NCBI GenBank assembly: GCA_019456075.1
Contig: VRUN01000002.1
Location: forward strand, 1,418 to 65,417
DNA: 64,000 bases
DNA from: Candidatus Methylomirabilota bacterium
GTDB taxonomy: Bacteria; Methylomirabilota; Methylomirabilia; Methylomirabilales; CSP1-5
Direction of reading: 5' to 3'
The notes beneath the pieces are model-generated. The model was not told where the DNA came from. It was given only the letters and a program-made list of their open reading frames with translations, and made no database searches. Below are positions 1-7,637 of this stretch, in pieces. Made by a program: the position numbers and the translations under genes. Position 1 is the first letter of the stretch. Every line of letters starts with the position of its first letter.

Positions 1-236
1 TTGATTCTCGTTGCGCGTTCGCCCTCACCCGGGACCTCACAATTAAGGAGGGGATCTTTGCGGGGGTGTCTTCGGGGGCTGTGCTGCATTGTGCCATCCG
101 GACGGCACATAAGATGGATGAGGGAAACGTTGTCTGCCTTCTGCCCGATGGCGGCGAGAAATATGTCAGTCTGGGGGTCTGGGCCAAGGAGCTGCCCGAT
201 CTGGGAGAAGATGTGTACAGCCACATCTGGTGGTAG
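1..236 (+). CDS. cysM: Cysteine synthase (CysK/CysM family), C-terminal fragment; the 5' end lies outside the window
   Basis: Frame 3 (codons from nt 3) reads ...LTIKEGIFAGVSSGAVLHCAIRTAHKMDEGNVVCLLPDGGEKYVSLG...W with TAG at 234-236. EGIFAG.S.GA and LPD.G.(K/R)Y are conserved C-terminal motifs of O-acetyl/O-phosphoserine sulfhydrylases. It is absent from the ORF track because it has no Met. It lies directly upstream of a Mec-like gene, as in the mycobacterial cysM-cysO-mec cluster. Confidence 0.8.
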   Translation, partial: DSRCAFALTRDLTIKEGIFAGVSSGAVLHCAIRTAHKMDEGNVVCLLPDGGEKYVSLGVWAKELPDLGEDVYSHIWW

Positions 237-271
237 CAAAGCGTCGGACGCGTTACGCATCGCGGATTGAG

Positions 272-670
272 ATGTTCAAGCTCGAAAAGCGATTCGCCGA
301 GGAAATCACTGATCACGCGCGAAGTGAGGTTCCCAATGAGTGCTGTGGTCTCGTGGCTGGGAAGGACGGGTCGGCATTGCAGCTTTATCGGTGTGACAGT
401 GCCGAAAAGAGCCCGTACCGATACTATGTCGACCCCAAGGACCAGATCCGGATTATGCGCGAGCTCGATCAGAAAGGATGGGACCTCATCGGGATTTACC
501 ACTCCCACACGCACACTGAGGCCTATCCGTCGAAGACGGACGTGGAACTCGCGTTCTATCCAGAGGCGCTTTACTTCATCGTCTCTCTCGAGAAGCCTGA
601 GGCACCGGTTATCCGGGCCTTTTGGATTATTGACGGGGAGATCACAGAGGAGGAGGTGATAGTCGCGTAA
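272..670 (+). CDS. mec: JAMM/MPN+ metalloprotease, Mec-like (sulfur-carrier C-terminal hydrolase)
   Basis: ORF 230..670; likely start is ATG 272 (MFKLEKRF...). It has the JAMM motif HSHTHTEAYPSKTD (HxHx7Sx2D) and an upstream ECCG Glu. The full length resembles mycobacterial Mec+. Confidence 0.85.
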   Translation: MFKLEKRFAEEITDHARSEVPNECCGLVAGKDGSALQLYRCDSAEKSPYRYYVDPKDQIRIMRELDQKGWDLIGIYHSHTHTEAYPSKTDVELAFYPEALYFIVSLEKPEAPVIRAFWIIDGEITEEEVIVA

Positions 671-774
671 GAGGGTTTTTTGTGTACCCAATTCCCGAGT
701 AATCCAATCGGGATTATCGCCTTAAATCGCAAGCTGGTGGCCCTCAGCACTTACTTAAAGAAAGGAGCCGTGAC

Positions 775-1617
775 ATGGCCGATTATGCACATCCTGAAAC
801 TCTTGTAGAGACGCAGTGGGTAGCGGACAACCTGAAGGATCCCAAGATTCGCTTGGTCGAGGTCGACGTCGACACGGCCGCCTACGGCGAAGGACATATC
901 CCCGGTGCAATAGGCTGGAACTGGAAGACTGACCTGGAAGAGCAGCTGGAACGCGACATCCTCCGCCGAGACACCTTTGAGAAGCTGCTCAGCCGCTCGG
1001 GAATTGCCAATGACACGACCGTGATCTTGTACGGTGACAACAATAACTGGTTTGCCACGTATGCGTTCTGGCATGTGAAATTGTACGGGCATGCGGATGC
1101 CCGGGTCATGAACGGGGGCCGGGCGAAGTGGATTACCGAGGGGCGACCGATGACAAAAGAGACCCCGTCCCATCCGGCGACGAAGTACCAGGCGAAGGAT
1201 CCGGACAAAAGCATCCGGGTGTTGCGGAGTCAGGTCGTCGATTCGGTGGGGAAGGCGGGCCTCGGGTTGGTGGATGTGCGCTCGCCGAAAGAATTTAGCG
1301 GCGAGATCTTGGCGCCAGAAAACCTCCCGCAGGAGGGGGCGCAGCGTGGCGGACACATCCCGGGGGCGGCCAACATCCCCTGGAGCCAGGCGGTCCGGGA
1401 AGATGGCACCTTCAAGAGCGTTGAAGAATTGAAACAACTCTATCAAGGCAAGGGGATTACGCCGGACAAGGAAATTATCGCGTATTGCCGGATCGGCGAG
1501 CGCTCTTCGCATAGCTGGTATGTACTGAAATATCTTTTGGGCTACCCCAAGGTGCTGAATTACGACGGGTCGTGGACCGAGTACGGCAGCTTGGTGAATG
1601 TGCCGATTGAGAAGTAA
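775..1617 (+). CDS. Thiosulfate sulfurtransferase, tandem rhodanese domains (CysA/SseC-like)
   Basis: 280 aa with two rhodanese domains and active-site loop AYCRIGERSSH. It is near-collinear with actinobacterial CysA-type thiosulfate sulfurtransferases as I remember them. SD AAAGGAG lies upstream of ATG 775. Confidence 0.85.
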   Translation: MADYAHPETLVETQWVADNLKDPKIRLVEVDVDTAAYGEGHIPGAIGWNWKTDLEEQLERDILRRDTFEKLLSRSGIANDTTVILYGDNNNWFATYAFWHVKLYGHADARVMNGGRAKWITEGRPMTKETPSHPATKYQAKDPDKSIRVLRSQVVDSVGKAGLGLVDVRSPKEFSGEILAPENLPQEGAQRGGHIPGAANIPWSQAVREDGTFKSVEELKQLYQGKGITPDKEIIAYCRIGERSSHSWYVLKYLLGYPKVLNYDGSWTEYGSLVNVPIEK

Positions 1618-1628
1618 GGAGATCCGAC

Positions 1629-2297
1629 GTGACAGGGACCCAAGTGGATGAACCCTTCTTTCGGATTGAGCCGGCGGAAGCAAAGGGCTTGATCGAAAAG
1701 GGCATACCGGTGGTGGACGTCCGGGAACCCCAGGAGTATGCCCAGGTCCGGATCCCGAATTCCACCCTCGTCCCCCTGGGAACCCTCCTCAGGTCGCCGC
1801 GGGAGTTTATGAAAGAGGGGGCAGTTCTTTTCATCTGCTCGGAAGGTATCAGGAGCGCTGTGGCCTGTGAAGCTGCGGCGGCAATTGGGCTCGACGAGGT
1901 CTATAACTTGGAGGGTGGAACACAGCGGTGGGAGACAGAGGGTTACCCGGTGGAGTTGGGGCAAGGCAGCGAGCCGGTCATCGCTGAAGCACCGGCTGAA
2001 CCCCAGGTACCCCACCTCGATTTCCTCCAGCCGGGCGAGCACCTCATTCGGATCCATCGATTCCGGTATCTCAGAGCCGTAGGATGCACATTGGGTGGTC
2101 TGATCCTCAGCGTGGAGGAGAGCCTGGGCGAGGTCAGTGACCCATCGAGACGATGCACGGCGCGACCGGATCACCCGGAACTGGTCCCGAGGCCCGAGTT
2201 CACGGTCTTCGCGGAGAATGTGGAGGCGGCCGTGCGGGGTCTCATCGAGAAACTAAGGCCCCGTCGGCCGCAGGAGATCTTCCTGCCCACGGAGTGA
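1629..2297 (+). CDS. Single-domain rhodanese fused to an uncharacterised 93-aa C-terminal module
   Basis: GTG start follows SD AAGGAG. Residues 1-~112 form a rhodanese domain (FICSEGIRS active-site loop), followed by an A/P/E-rich linker. Nt 2016-2294 encode a module paralogous to ORF 5412..5624 (see findings). Confidence 0.75.
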   Translation: MTGTQVDEPFFRIEPAEAKGLIEKGIPVVDVREPQEYAQVRIPNSTLVPLGTLLRSPREFMKEGAVLFICSEGIRSAVACEAAAAIGLDEVYNLEGGTQRWETEGYPVELGQGSEPVIAEAPAEPQVPHLDFLQPGEHLIRIHRFRYLRAVGCTLGGLILSVEESLGEVSDPSRRCTARPDHPELVPRPEFTVFAENVEAAVRGLIEKLRPRRPQEIFLPTE

Positions 2298-2391
2298 TGA
2301 ATTGCAGAGACATAGTGGGGGTGACCTCGGAATTCTGATCGAGTGAGGAGACGTATACGGGCCGTCGGTTTCCACCAGAGAGGAGTCTAAG

Positions 2392-3429
2392 ATGTCTACC
2401 AGGCTGACGAAGGTATTTCTGGTTCTGTTCGTAGTCATGGGCCTGCTGCAAGTCCCGGTGAGCTGGGCGCTTGATAAGATCCGCATTGGGTACATGCCCA
2501 TCCTTCCCTCGGCCCACGAGTTCATTGCGGCCGAGAAAGGGTGGTACCGGGAACTCGGAGTCCCGGTGGAAGAAATCCGATTCAGCTCGGGTCCGCCGAT
2601 CGTCCAGGCCTTTGCGGCGGGACAGGTAGACGTCGCCTATTTTGGCATCGGGCCCGCCCTGGTCTCGGTCGCGAAGGGGATTAAAGCCAAAGTGGTGGCT
2701 TCGGGCGTGACGGAACAGCTGGCGGTGATTGCCGTGAATTCATTTGCAGATCAGTACCAAAAAGAACCGAACCGAAAGGCCTTTCTGCAGTTCGCGAAAG
2801 CGAAAGGGCGTCCACTGAAGATCGCCACTTTTCCTCCCGGTTCCACACCCAACGTGATGCTTCGGTACTGGCTGGACAAGCTCCACGTCGATCCCGTGAA
2901 AGATGTGGAAATCCTTTCCATGGGGGCCTCCGGGGTCCGCTTGGCGGTCCTTTCACAAAAAGTGGATGCCACGATGATCTTGGAACCGATCATCACCATC
3001 ATCCGGCATTCGCCGATTCCCTACAGAATTGTTGTGTACGGCAAGCAGATTCTCCCCGGACAGCCCGGATCGATTCTGTTCGTCCGACAGAGCATCATCG
3101 ACGAGCGACCGGACATTGTGGAGAAGCTGGTCCACATGCACCTCAAGGCAACGAAGATTTTGGTCGAGAAGCGGGACGAAGCGGCGGGAATTATCTCTCG
3201 AAAGATCGGGCCTGAAGCGTTGCCGGTCAAGGTCGCCCGGGAGTCGCTGGATTCGAAGGCGCTGCACTGGGTTGCCAACCCCCATGCAATCGTTGATGGG
3301 ACGATGACCTACAACCGGTTTCAGGTGAAGCTGGGGACCTTCAAGAAGGGGGTGGACCCGAAGGATCTCTTTGACTTCCGGTTCTACGATCGCGTGATCA
3401 AAGCCCATCCTGAATACAAGGGGTACTGA
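2392..3429 (+). CDS. ABC transporter periplasmic substrate-binding protein, NMT1/SsuA/TauA (NitT/TauT) family
   Basis: N-terminal signal peptide (VFLVLFVVMGLLQVPVSWA). The sequence is NMT1/THI5-like, and the SD is GAGGAG. The adjacent permease and ATPase belong to the same transporter family. Confidence 0.8.
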   Translation: MSTRLTKVFLVLFVVMGLLQVPVSWALDKIRIGYMPILPSAHEFIAAEKGWYRELGVPVEEIRFSSGPPIVQAFAAGQVDVAYFGIGPALVSVAKGIKAKVVASGVTEQLAVIAVNSFADQYQKEPNRKAFLQFAKAKGRPLKIATFPPGSTPNVMLRYWLDKLHVDPVKDVEILSMGASGVRLAVLSQKVDATMILEPIITIIRHSPIPYRIVVYGKQILPGQPGSILFVRQSIIDERPDIVEKLVHMHLKATKILVEKRDEAAGIISRKIGPEALPVKVARESLDSKALHWVANPHAIVDGTMTYNRFQVKLGTFKKGVDPKDLFDFRFYDRVIKAHPEYKGY

Positions 3430-3441
3430 GGAGACCACGAG

Positions 3442-4215
3442 GTGAAAGGCAACCCTGTCTTGGGCATATCCCGGTTGGGACGGACGGTCGTCCAGTGCAC
3501 GTCCGTGGCGGGTTTTCTCGGCCTGTGGGAAGGGTTGGTTTGGCTCGGCTTGTTCCCTCCGTACCTGCTGCCTGCTCCCACAGCAGTCGCCACCACGTTT
3601 GTCGATCAGATCGGGAATGGGAATATCCCCCGACTGCTGGGGTACAGTCTGCGGCATTATGCCCTGGGGCTCATTTGGGGGGTGAGCCTTGGGGTCCTTC
3701 TGGGCCTCTGTATGGCCTGGTCTCGGCAGCTCGAATTGGTCCTCGACCCGATCATCGCGCTGCTGCGCCCCATTCCCCCCCTGGCATGGATTCCATTTGC
3801 GATTATTTGGTTTGGAATCACGACCCAGGCGGCGGCCTTCCTGATCTCGCTGGGGGCGTTCTATATCACGCTCTACAGCACGTATGGGGGAGTCAAAGGG
3901 ATCGATTGGCGTCTGGTGGATGTAGCGCGGACGCTCGGCGACCAATCGAATTGGGGGATCATCCGTCGTATCGTGATCCCTGCAGCCCTGCCCGCGATTC
4001 TCACCGGCATTCGGACCAGTCTCGGGCAGGGTTGGATGACTGTTGTCGCAGCGGAAATGTTTGGGATTCAAGGCATCGGACTCAAAATGCTTGAGGCGGC
4101 AGGCCTGCTGTCGATGGACGTGGTTATGGCCTATATGGCGGTGATCGGCCTCGTCTACTTCGGAATTGATCATACCTTCCGGACAGTCGAGGACCGGCTT
4201 TTGCGTTGGCGTTAG
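3442..4215 (+). CDS. ABC transporter permease (NitT/TauT family)
   Basis: Multi-pass hydrophobic protein. It has the EAA-type loop ARTLGDQSNWGIIRRIVIPAALPAILTG typical of binding-protein-dependent permeases. Confidence 0.85.
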   Translation: MKGNPVLGISRLGRTVVQCTSVAGFLGLWEGLVWLGLFPPYLLPAPTAVATTFVDQIGNGNIPRLLGYSLRHYALGLIWGVSLGVLLGLCMAWSRQLELVLDPIIALLRPIPPLAWIPFAIIWFGITTQAAAFLISLGAFYITLYSTYGGVKGIDWRLVDVARTLGDQSNWGIIRRIVIPAALPAILTGIRTSLGQGWMTVVAAEMFGIQGIGLKMLEAAGLLSMDVVMAYMAVIGLVYFGIDHTFRTVEDRLLRWR

Positions 4216-4973
4216 CGATGCGATCAACCAAGCTCGAAGTTCGAGAACTCTCCAAGGTGTTTCGCACGGTCGAGGGAAGGGAGATCCTTGCCTTGAAGGA
4301 CATCAACCTCGAGGTTTTGGACGGCGAGTTGCTCTGCATCCTTGGCTCTTCGGGCTGCGGGAAGAGCACCCTCCTACGGATCGTGGCTGGCCTCGAGCAG
4401 CCCTCGGCGGGAGATGTTCTCATCAATGGGCGGCCCCTCACGGGGCCCGGCCCGGACCGTGGGATGGTTTTTCAGGAACACCTCCTCTTCCCGTGGCGAA
4501 CGGTTCGACAGAACGTCGAGTATGGACTTGAGGTGAAGGGTGGACCGAAGACGGCGCGGGCGCAGGAGTGCCTGAGCATGGTGGGGCTCGAAAATTCCAG
4601 CGAGCAGTATCCAAAGGAATTGAGCGGGGGGATGAAGCAACGGGTGGGCATTGCCAGGGCCCTGGCGAATGATCCAGCCATCCTCCTAATGGATGAGCCC
4701 TTCGCCTCGGTAGACGCCCAGACCCGGTCCGACCTGCAAGCCATGTTGTTGACGATTTGGTGGGGTACGCGGAAAACCATCCTGTTCGTGACGCACAGCG
4801 TAGAGGAAGCTGTCTATCTGGCCGACCGTGTGATTTTAATGGGAAGTGGGTCCGGGCACATCATCGATACCGTTTCGGTCGATCTGCCGCGTCCGCGGTA
4901 TCGGGTGAGCCCGGAGTTCAATGACGTGCGGCGCGATATTCTCAAGCGCCTCGGTTTTCTTACCGGGGAATAA
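4206..4973 (+). CDS. ABC transporter ATP-binding protein (sulfonate/nitrate/taurine type)
   Basis: Walker A GSSGCGKST, signature LSGGMKQR and Walker B LLMDEPF. It overlaps the permease stop, which suggests translational coupling. Confidence 0.9.
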   Translation: MALAMRSTKLEVRELSKVFRTVEGREILALKDINLEVLDGELLCILGSSGCGKSTLLRIVAGLEQPSAGDVLINGRPLTGPGPDRGMVFQEHLLFPWRTVRQNVEYGLEVKGGPKTARAQECLSMVGLENSSEQYPKELSGGMKQRVGIARALANDPAILLMDEPFASVDAQTRSDLQAMLLTIWWGTRKTILFVTHSVEEAVYLADRVILMGSGSGHIIDTVSVDLPRPRYRVSPEFNDVRRDILKRLGFLTGE

Positions 4974-5247
4974 CACCGCCCGCGAGGGCTGGGATAATGA
5001 CGATCTCATCTCCTTCGCTGAGCGGCGCGCCAAGCACTTGGGGGTCCGTAACTTCTTCGCGGTTGATGTAGATGAGGACGAATCGGTTCAATTCTCCCTG
5101 CGGGTCAAGGAGGCGTTCGTTGAAGCCAGGATATTGCTGGTTGAGGGCAGCGAGTGCCTCCCCAACAGTGGTGGCCTCGACCTGGACAGCTTCCTGCCCC
5201 GAGGTGAGACCACGAAGGATTGAGGGAATCTTAATAGTCTGGCCCAT
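4960..5247 (-). CDS. cysO: ThiS/MoaD-family sulfur-carrier protein, CysO-like, with a 4-residue tail after the Gly-Gly
   Basis: 95 aa: MGQTIKIPSILRGLTSGQ...NRFVLIYINREEV...IIPALAGG-VIPR. It is collinear with mycobacterial CysO (IPTILR..., FVNIYVNDEDV, ILPAVAGG). SD AAGGAG lies upstream. Its 3' end overlaps the convergent ABC ATPase gene by 14 nt. Confidence 0.8.
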   Translation of the reverse strand: MGQTIKIPSILRGLTSGQEAVQVEATTVGEALAALNQQYPGFNERLLDPQGELNRFVLIYINREEVTDPQVLGAPLSEGDEIVIIPALAGGVIPR

Positions 5248-5273
5248 GGTTTTTCACGTCTCCTTACCGTGCG

Positions 5274-5302
5274 AGCATACCCGGGCAGTATTGGCCGGTC
5301 AA
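5274..5302 (-). promoter_or_regulatory. Candidate sigma70-type promoter for the CysO-like gene
   Basis: On the minus strand: TTGACC (5302-5297), a 17-nt spacer, then TATGCT (5279-5274). AAGGAG and ATG 5247 follow. This is motif inspection only. Confidence 0.35.
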
Positions 5303-5411
5303 GCCCTGATCCTCTCCACACCGAGGAGAGCAAAGCCCGCAGCGTAGTGGGACGAAAGTCCGACATGAGGTCATCCAGGAGGGTTGTTGTCCATGAGTAA
5401 GGCAGGTGTGA

Positions 5412-5624
5412 GTGGGACAAAACCTCGATTTCCTCCAGCCGGGCAAGCACCTTGTTCAAGTCCATCGGTTCCGGTATGTGCGGGCCGTGACGTGCGCCTT
5501 GGGGACCATTGAACTGGTGGTGGAAGAGACCTTCTATGGAGAGAGTGTTAAGGGCGCCTTGCAAGCCTTGATCGAGAAGCTCCGGGGGCGGCGCCCACAG
5601 GAGACCTTCCTGCCCACGGCATAA
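5412..5624 (+). CDS. Small (70 aa) uncharacterised protein, paralog of the C-terminal module of ORF 1629..2297
   Basis: GTG start sits just after an in-frame TGA, with AAGG..AGG upstream. LDFLQPGKHLVQVHRFRYVRAVTCALG...LIEKLRGRRPQETFLPTA aligns with nt 2016-2294. The synonymous-substitution pattern supports + strand coding. It stops 21 nt before tauE. Confidence 0.65.
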   Translation: MGQNLDFLQPGKHLVQVHRFRYVRAVTCALGTIELVVEETFYGESVKGALQALIEKLRGRRPQETFLPTA

Positions 5625-5645
5625 GAGAGTACGCATGGAGAATTC

Positions 5646-6413
5646 ATGACGGATTCGCTGCTCGTAATTGCGTGCATCGGAATGATCTCGGGCTGGATCA
5701 CGGGTGCGTCTGCCGTAGCGTGGGGGGCGTTGAGCGTTCCGCTGCTGATTCTCGTTGGGGTTGAGCCGTTAACGGCGATCAGCTCGAGTCTCGGGGCTTC
5801 CGTTTTTCTGAGCCTGTTCGGCGGCTGGACCCATTGGCATTATGACCATTCGCGGCTAGCCCCCCTCCTGCCACTTTTGGTTGGGGGAGTAGGAGGGGCT
5901 TTCCTGGGGAGTTTCCTGAGTCCCGCACTTCCAGCGCAGACGCTTCGCGCTCTGATTGGCGCGACGACCCTGATCATAGGATTACTGATGCTTTTGCGGC
6001 GGAATGGGATCAGTGCTGAGAGTGGTGCCAAGGGGCTCATGAAATTGCGCGAGAAGCGGGCGACGATCTTTGGGATCGGGGTCATAGCCGGCTTTTTCGC
6101 CGGAGCGATCGGTGCAGGGTGGGGGACGATCGGCGTCGCTTTGCTAGTGTGGACAGGCATTCCGGCCCACACCGTCGTTGGGTCTTCGCTTTTGGCCCGG
6201 TCTCTGGTGGCCTTGGCCGCAAGCGGCTCGTATACCCTGCAGACGGGGCTTCCCCCTGTGGACGTTTTCTTACCGTTACTCGTCGCCGGGGGAGCGGGCG
6301 TGTATCTCGGGGTCCGGTCCTCGAATGGATTCTCACCCCTGACGATGCGGAAATTCATTGGGGGGGTGGTTGCGATCGTGGGGGTTGTGGCCGTAGTCGG
6401 CATTCCATGGTGA
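5646..6413 (+). CDS. tauE: TauE/SafE-family sulfite/sulfonate exporter-type membrane protein
   Basis: 255 aa and highly hydrophobic (about 7-8 TM segments). Gly-rich helices are typical of the TauE/SafE (DUF81) family. SD GGAGAA lies upstream. Confidence 0.75.
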   Translation: MTDSLLVIACIGMISGWITGASAVAWGALSVPLLILVGVEPLTAISSSLGASVFLSLFGGWTHWHYDHSRLAPLLPLLVGGVGGAFLGSFLSPALPAQTLRALIGATTLIIGLLMLLRRNGISAESGAKGLMKLREKRATIFGIGVIAGFFAGAIGAGWGTIGVALLVWTGIPAHTVVGSSLLARSLVALAASGSYTLQTGLPPVDVFLPLLVAGGAGVYLGVRSSNGFSPLTMRKFIGGVVAIVGVVAVVGIPW

Positions 6414-6584
6414 GGTCGGAAGTTCCTCGCTCTGAGCAGTCGGTGGGAATGGGGAAACACCGACAGGGCGGATAAAGGATGCAATGGGGGGAGGAAAAGG
6501 CTTTCGAGCTCAAGACGGGTGTCGGTGAGTGCGCCGTGTAAGGGGACTACCGTCGGGACGGGATCCGAAGAAGAGGTGCAACAG

Positions 6585-7517
6585 ATGGGATTTCAGGGTT
6601 TAACGGTGGCGGTCACGGGGAGCCGGAGAGCCTCGGAGCAGGCCGAGCTGATCTCGAAGCTCGGTGGGGTCCCATACGTGGCCCCGACCGTCGGCATTGA
6701 AGTCCAAGACGAGGCGGACTTTCAAACGGAAGGGTTGGTCCACAAGATTGTTGGAAGAGAATTTGATTATGCCGTCTTCATGACAGGTCCCGGTGTCTAT
6801 CGCTTGATATCGACAGCTCAGAAGCTGGGATTAGAGGGCGAACTGGTCGAGGTGTTGAATCGTATCTTTGTGGTTGCACGGAGTCACAAGCCGCAGAAGG
6901 TTCTGGAGAGATATGAGGTTCGGGTGGACTTGGTGCCATCTGACAATACCTCGGAGGGAATCGCTGCAGAGATGGCCAACCTTGACCTCCAGGGCAAGGG
7001 CGTCGCCATTCTGTGGTATGGCGAGTCGCAGACGGTTCTCCGGGAAACCTTAGAGCGAGGCGGGGCAAAAGTCTTCGAGGCGATGGCCTACATGTACTCA
7101 CTGGAGCTCAAGGAAAGGGGGGCCGAGGTCCTTGCGGCGGTCGGCTTCAAATCCATACCTCCCGAGAACCGAAAGATCCTGCAGCTCATCGATGATCTCA
7201 TAAAAAGGAAGATTCACATCATTACCTTTACGAGTCCTCCGTCGGCCAGAAACCTCTTCCGGTTTGCGGAAGCGCACGGCCTGGACGGGGACCTGCGTCG
7301 ATGCCTGAATGAAGACATTCTCGTCGTCGCTGTAGGGCCGCCGACGCGGCGGGCTATTGAGGAAAGCGGCGTCGCCGCCGATGTGATGCCTGACGTCTAC
7401 AAGTTGGGACCCATGATGCGAGCCGCGATTGATTATCTGATTCGCGATCTCTCCCGGACTCCGAAAAGGGCTCTTGGGAAGGTGGAGATCGGGACCGAAG
7501 GAGACGAGCGTGGATGA
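6585..7517 (+). CDS. hemD: Uroporphyrinogen-III synthase (HemD)-like protein
   Basis: ORF 6519..7517; likely start is ATG 6585 after GAGGTG. It has HEM4-like repeats (LTVAVTGSRR..., IHIITFTSPPSARNLF, LVVAVGPPTRRAIEE). Context is the siroheme and sulfite reductase genes. Confidence 0.6.
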   Translation: MGFQGLTVAVTGSRRASEQAELISKLGGVPYVAPTVGIEVQDEADFQTEGLVHKIVGREFDYAVFMTGPGVYRLISTAQKLGLEGELVEVLNRIFVVARSHKPQKVLERYEVRVDLVPSDNTSEGIAAEMANLDLQGKGVAILWYGESQTVLRETLERGGAKVFEAMAYMYSLELKERGAEVLAAVGFKSIPPENRKILQLIDDLIKRKIHIITFTSPPSARNLFRFAEAHGLDGDLRRCLNEDILVVAVGPPTRRAIEESGVAADVMPDVYKLGPMMRAAIDYLIRDLSRTPKRALGKVEIGTEGDERG

Positions 7518-7637
7518 GGCACCATTCCAAGTATAAGTCAAGGTCTACTCGCACGTGGTGTGGGGGGTCTTCGAGCTATCGGGGGTGTGCTGGTCACCAG
7601 AGACTGCCCAAAGTAAGAAATTCACGCTGGTGGAGAT

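Noticed and set aside
1-270. Track ORF 1..270 (+, frame 1, 89 aa, Arg/Cys/Ser-rich)
   Set aside because: Frame 3 of the same DNA gives an unmistakable cysteine synthase C-terminus ending at TAG 234-236. The frame-1 ORF has no recognisable features and is a GC-rich shadow frame.
1560-2174. Minus-strand reading of the duplicated module (MDPNEVLARLEEIEV at about 2060, MDLNKVLARLEEIEV at about 5470; track ORFs 1560..2174 and 5088..5636)
   Set aside because: The antisense frame shares codon boundaries with the + frame, so it also looks conserved. In copy 1 it hits a stop (TAG, complement of CTA at 2251-2253). The conserved C-terminal 18 codons show mostly synonymous changes only in the + frame. 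Both + frames end at the aligned stop.
2953-4227. Long antisense ORFs such as 2953..4227 (424 aa), 751..1683, 9424..10323, 11672..12574, 31001..32266 (421 aa) and 25785..26675
   Set aside because: Each lies opposite a gene with strong motif-level support (ABC permease, rhodanese, cysH, cobA, alaS and others). The translations are Arg/Pro/Gly-rich with no motifs, which is typical of shadow ORFs in GC-rich DNA.
5394-5411. In-frame TGA immediately upstream of the small ORF 5412..5624, considered as a possible selenocysteine codon extending the protein
   Set aside because: Two in-frame TGA codons lie within 18 nt (5394-96 and 5409-11). The upstream frame has no rhodanese-like or other sensible translation, and no SECIS-like hairpin is evident. 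A GTG start with an upstream AAGG..AGG is simpler.
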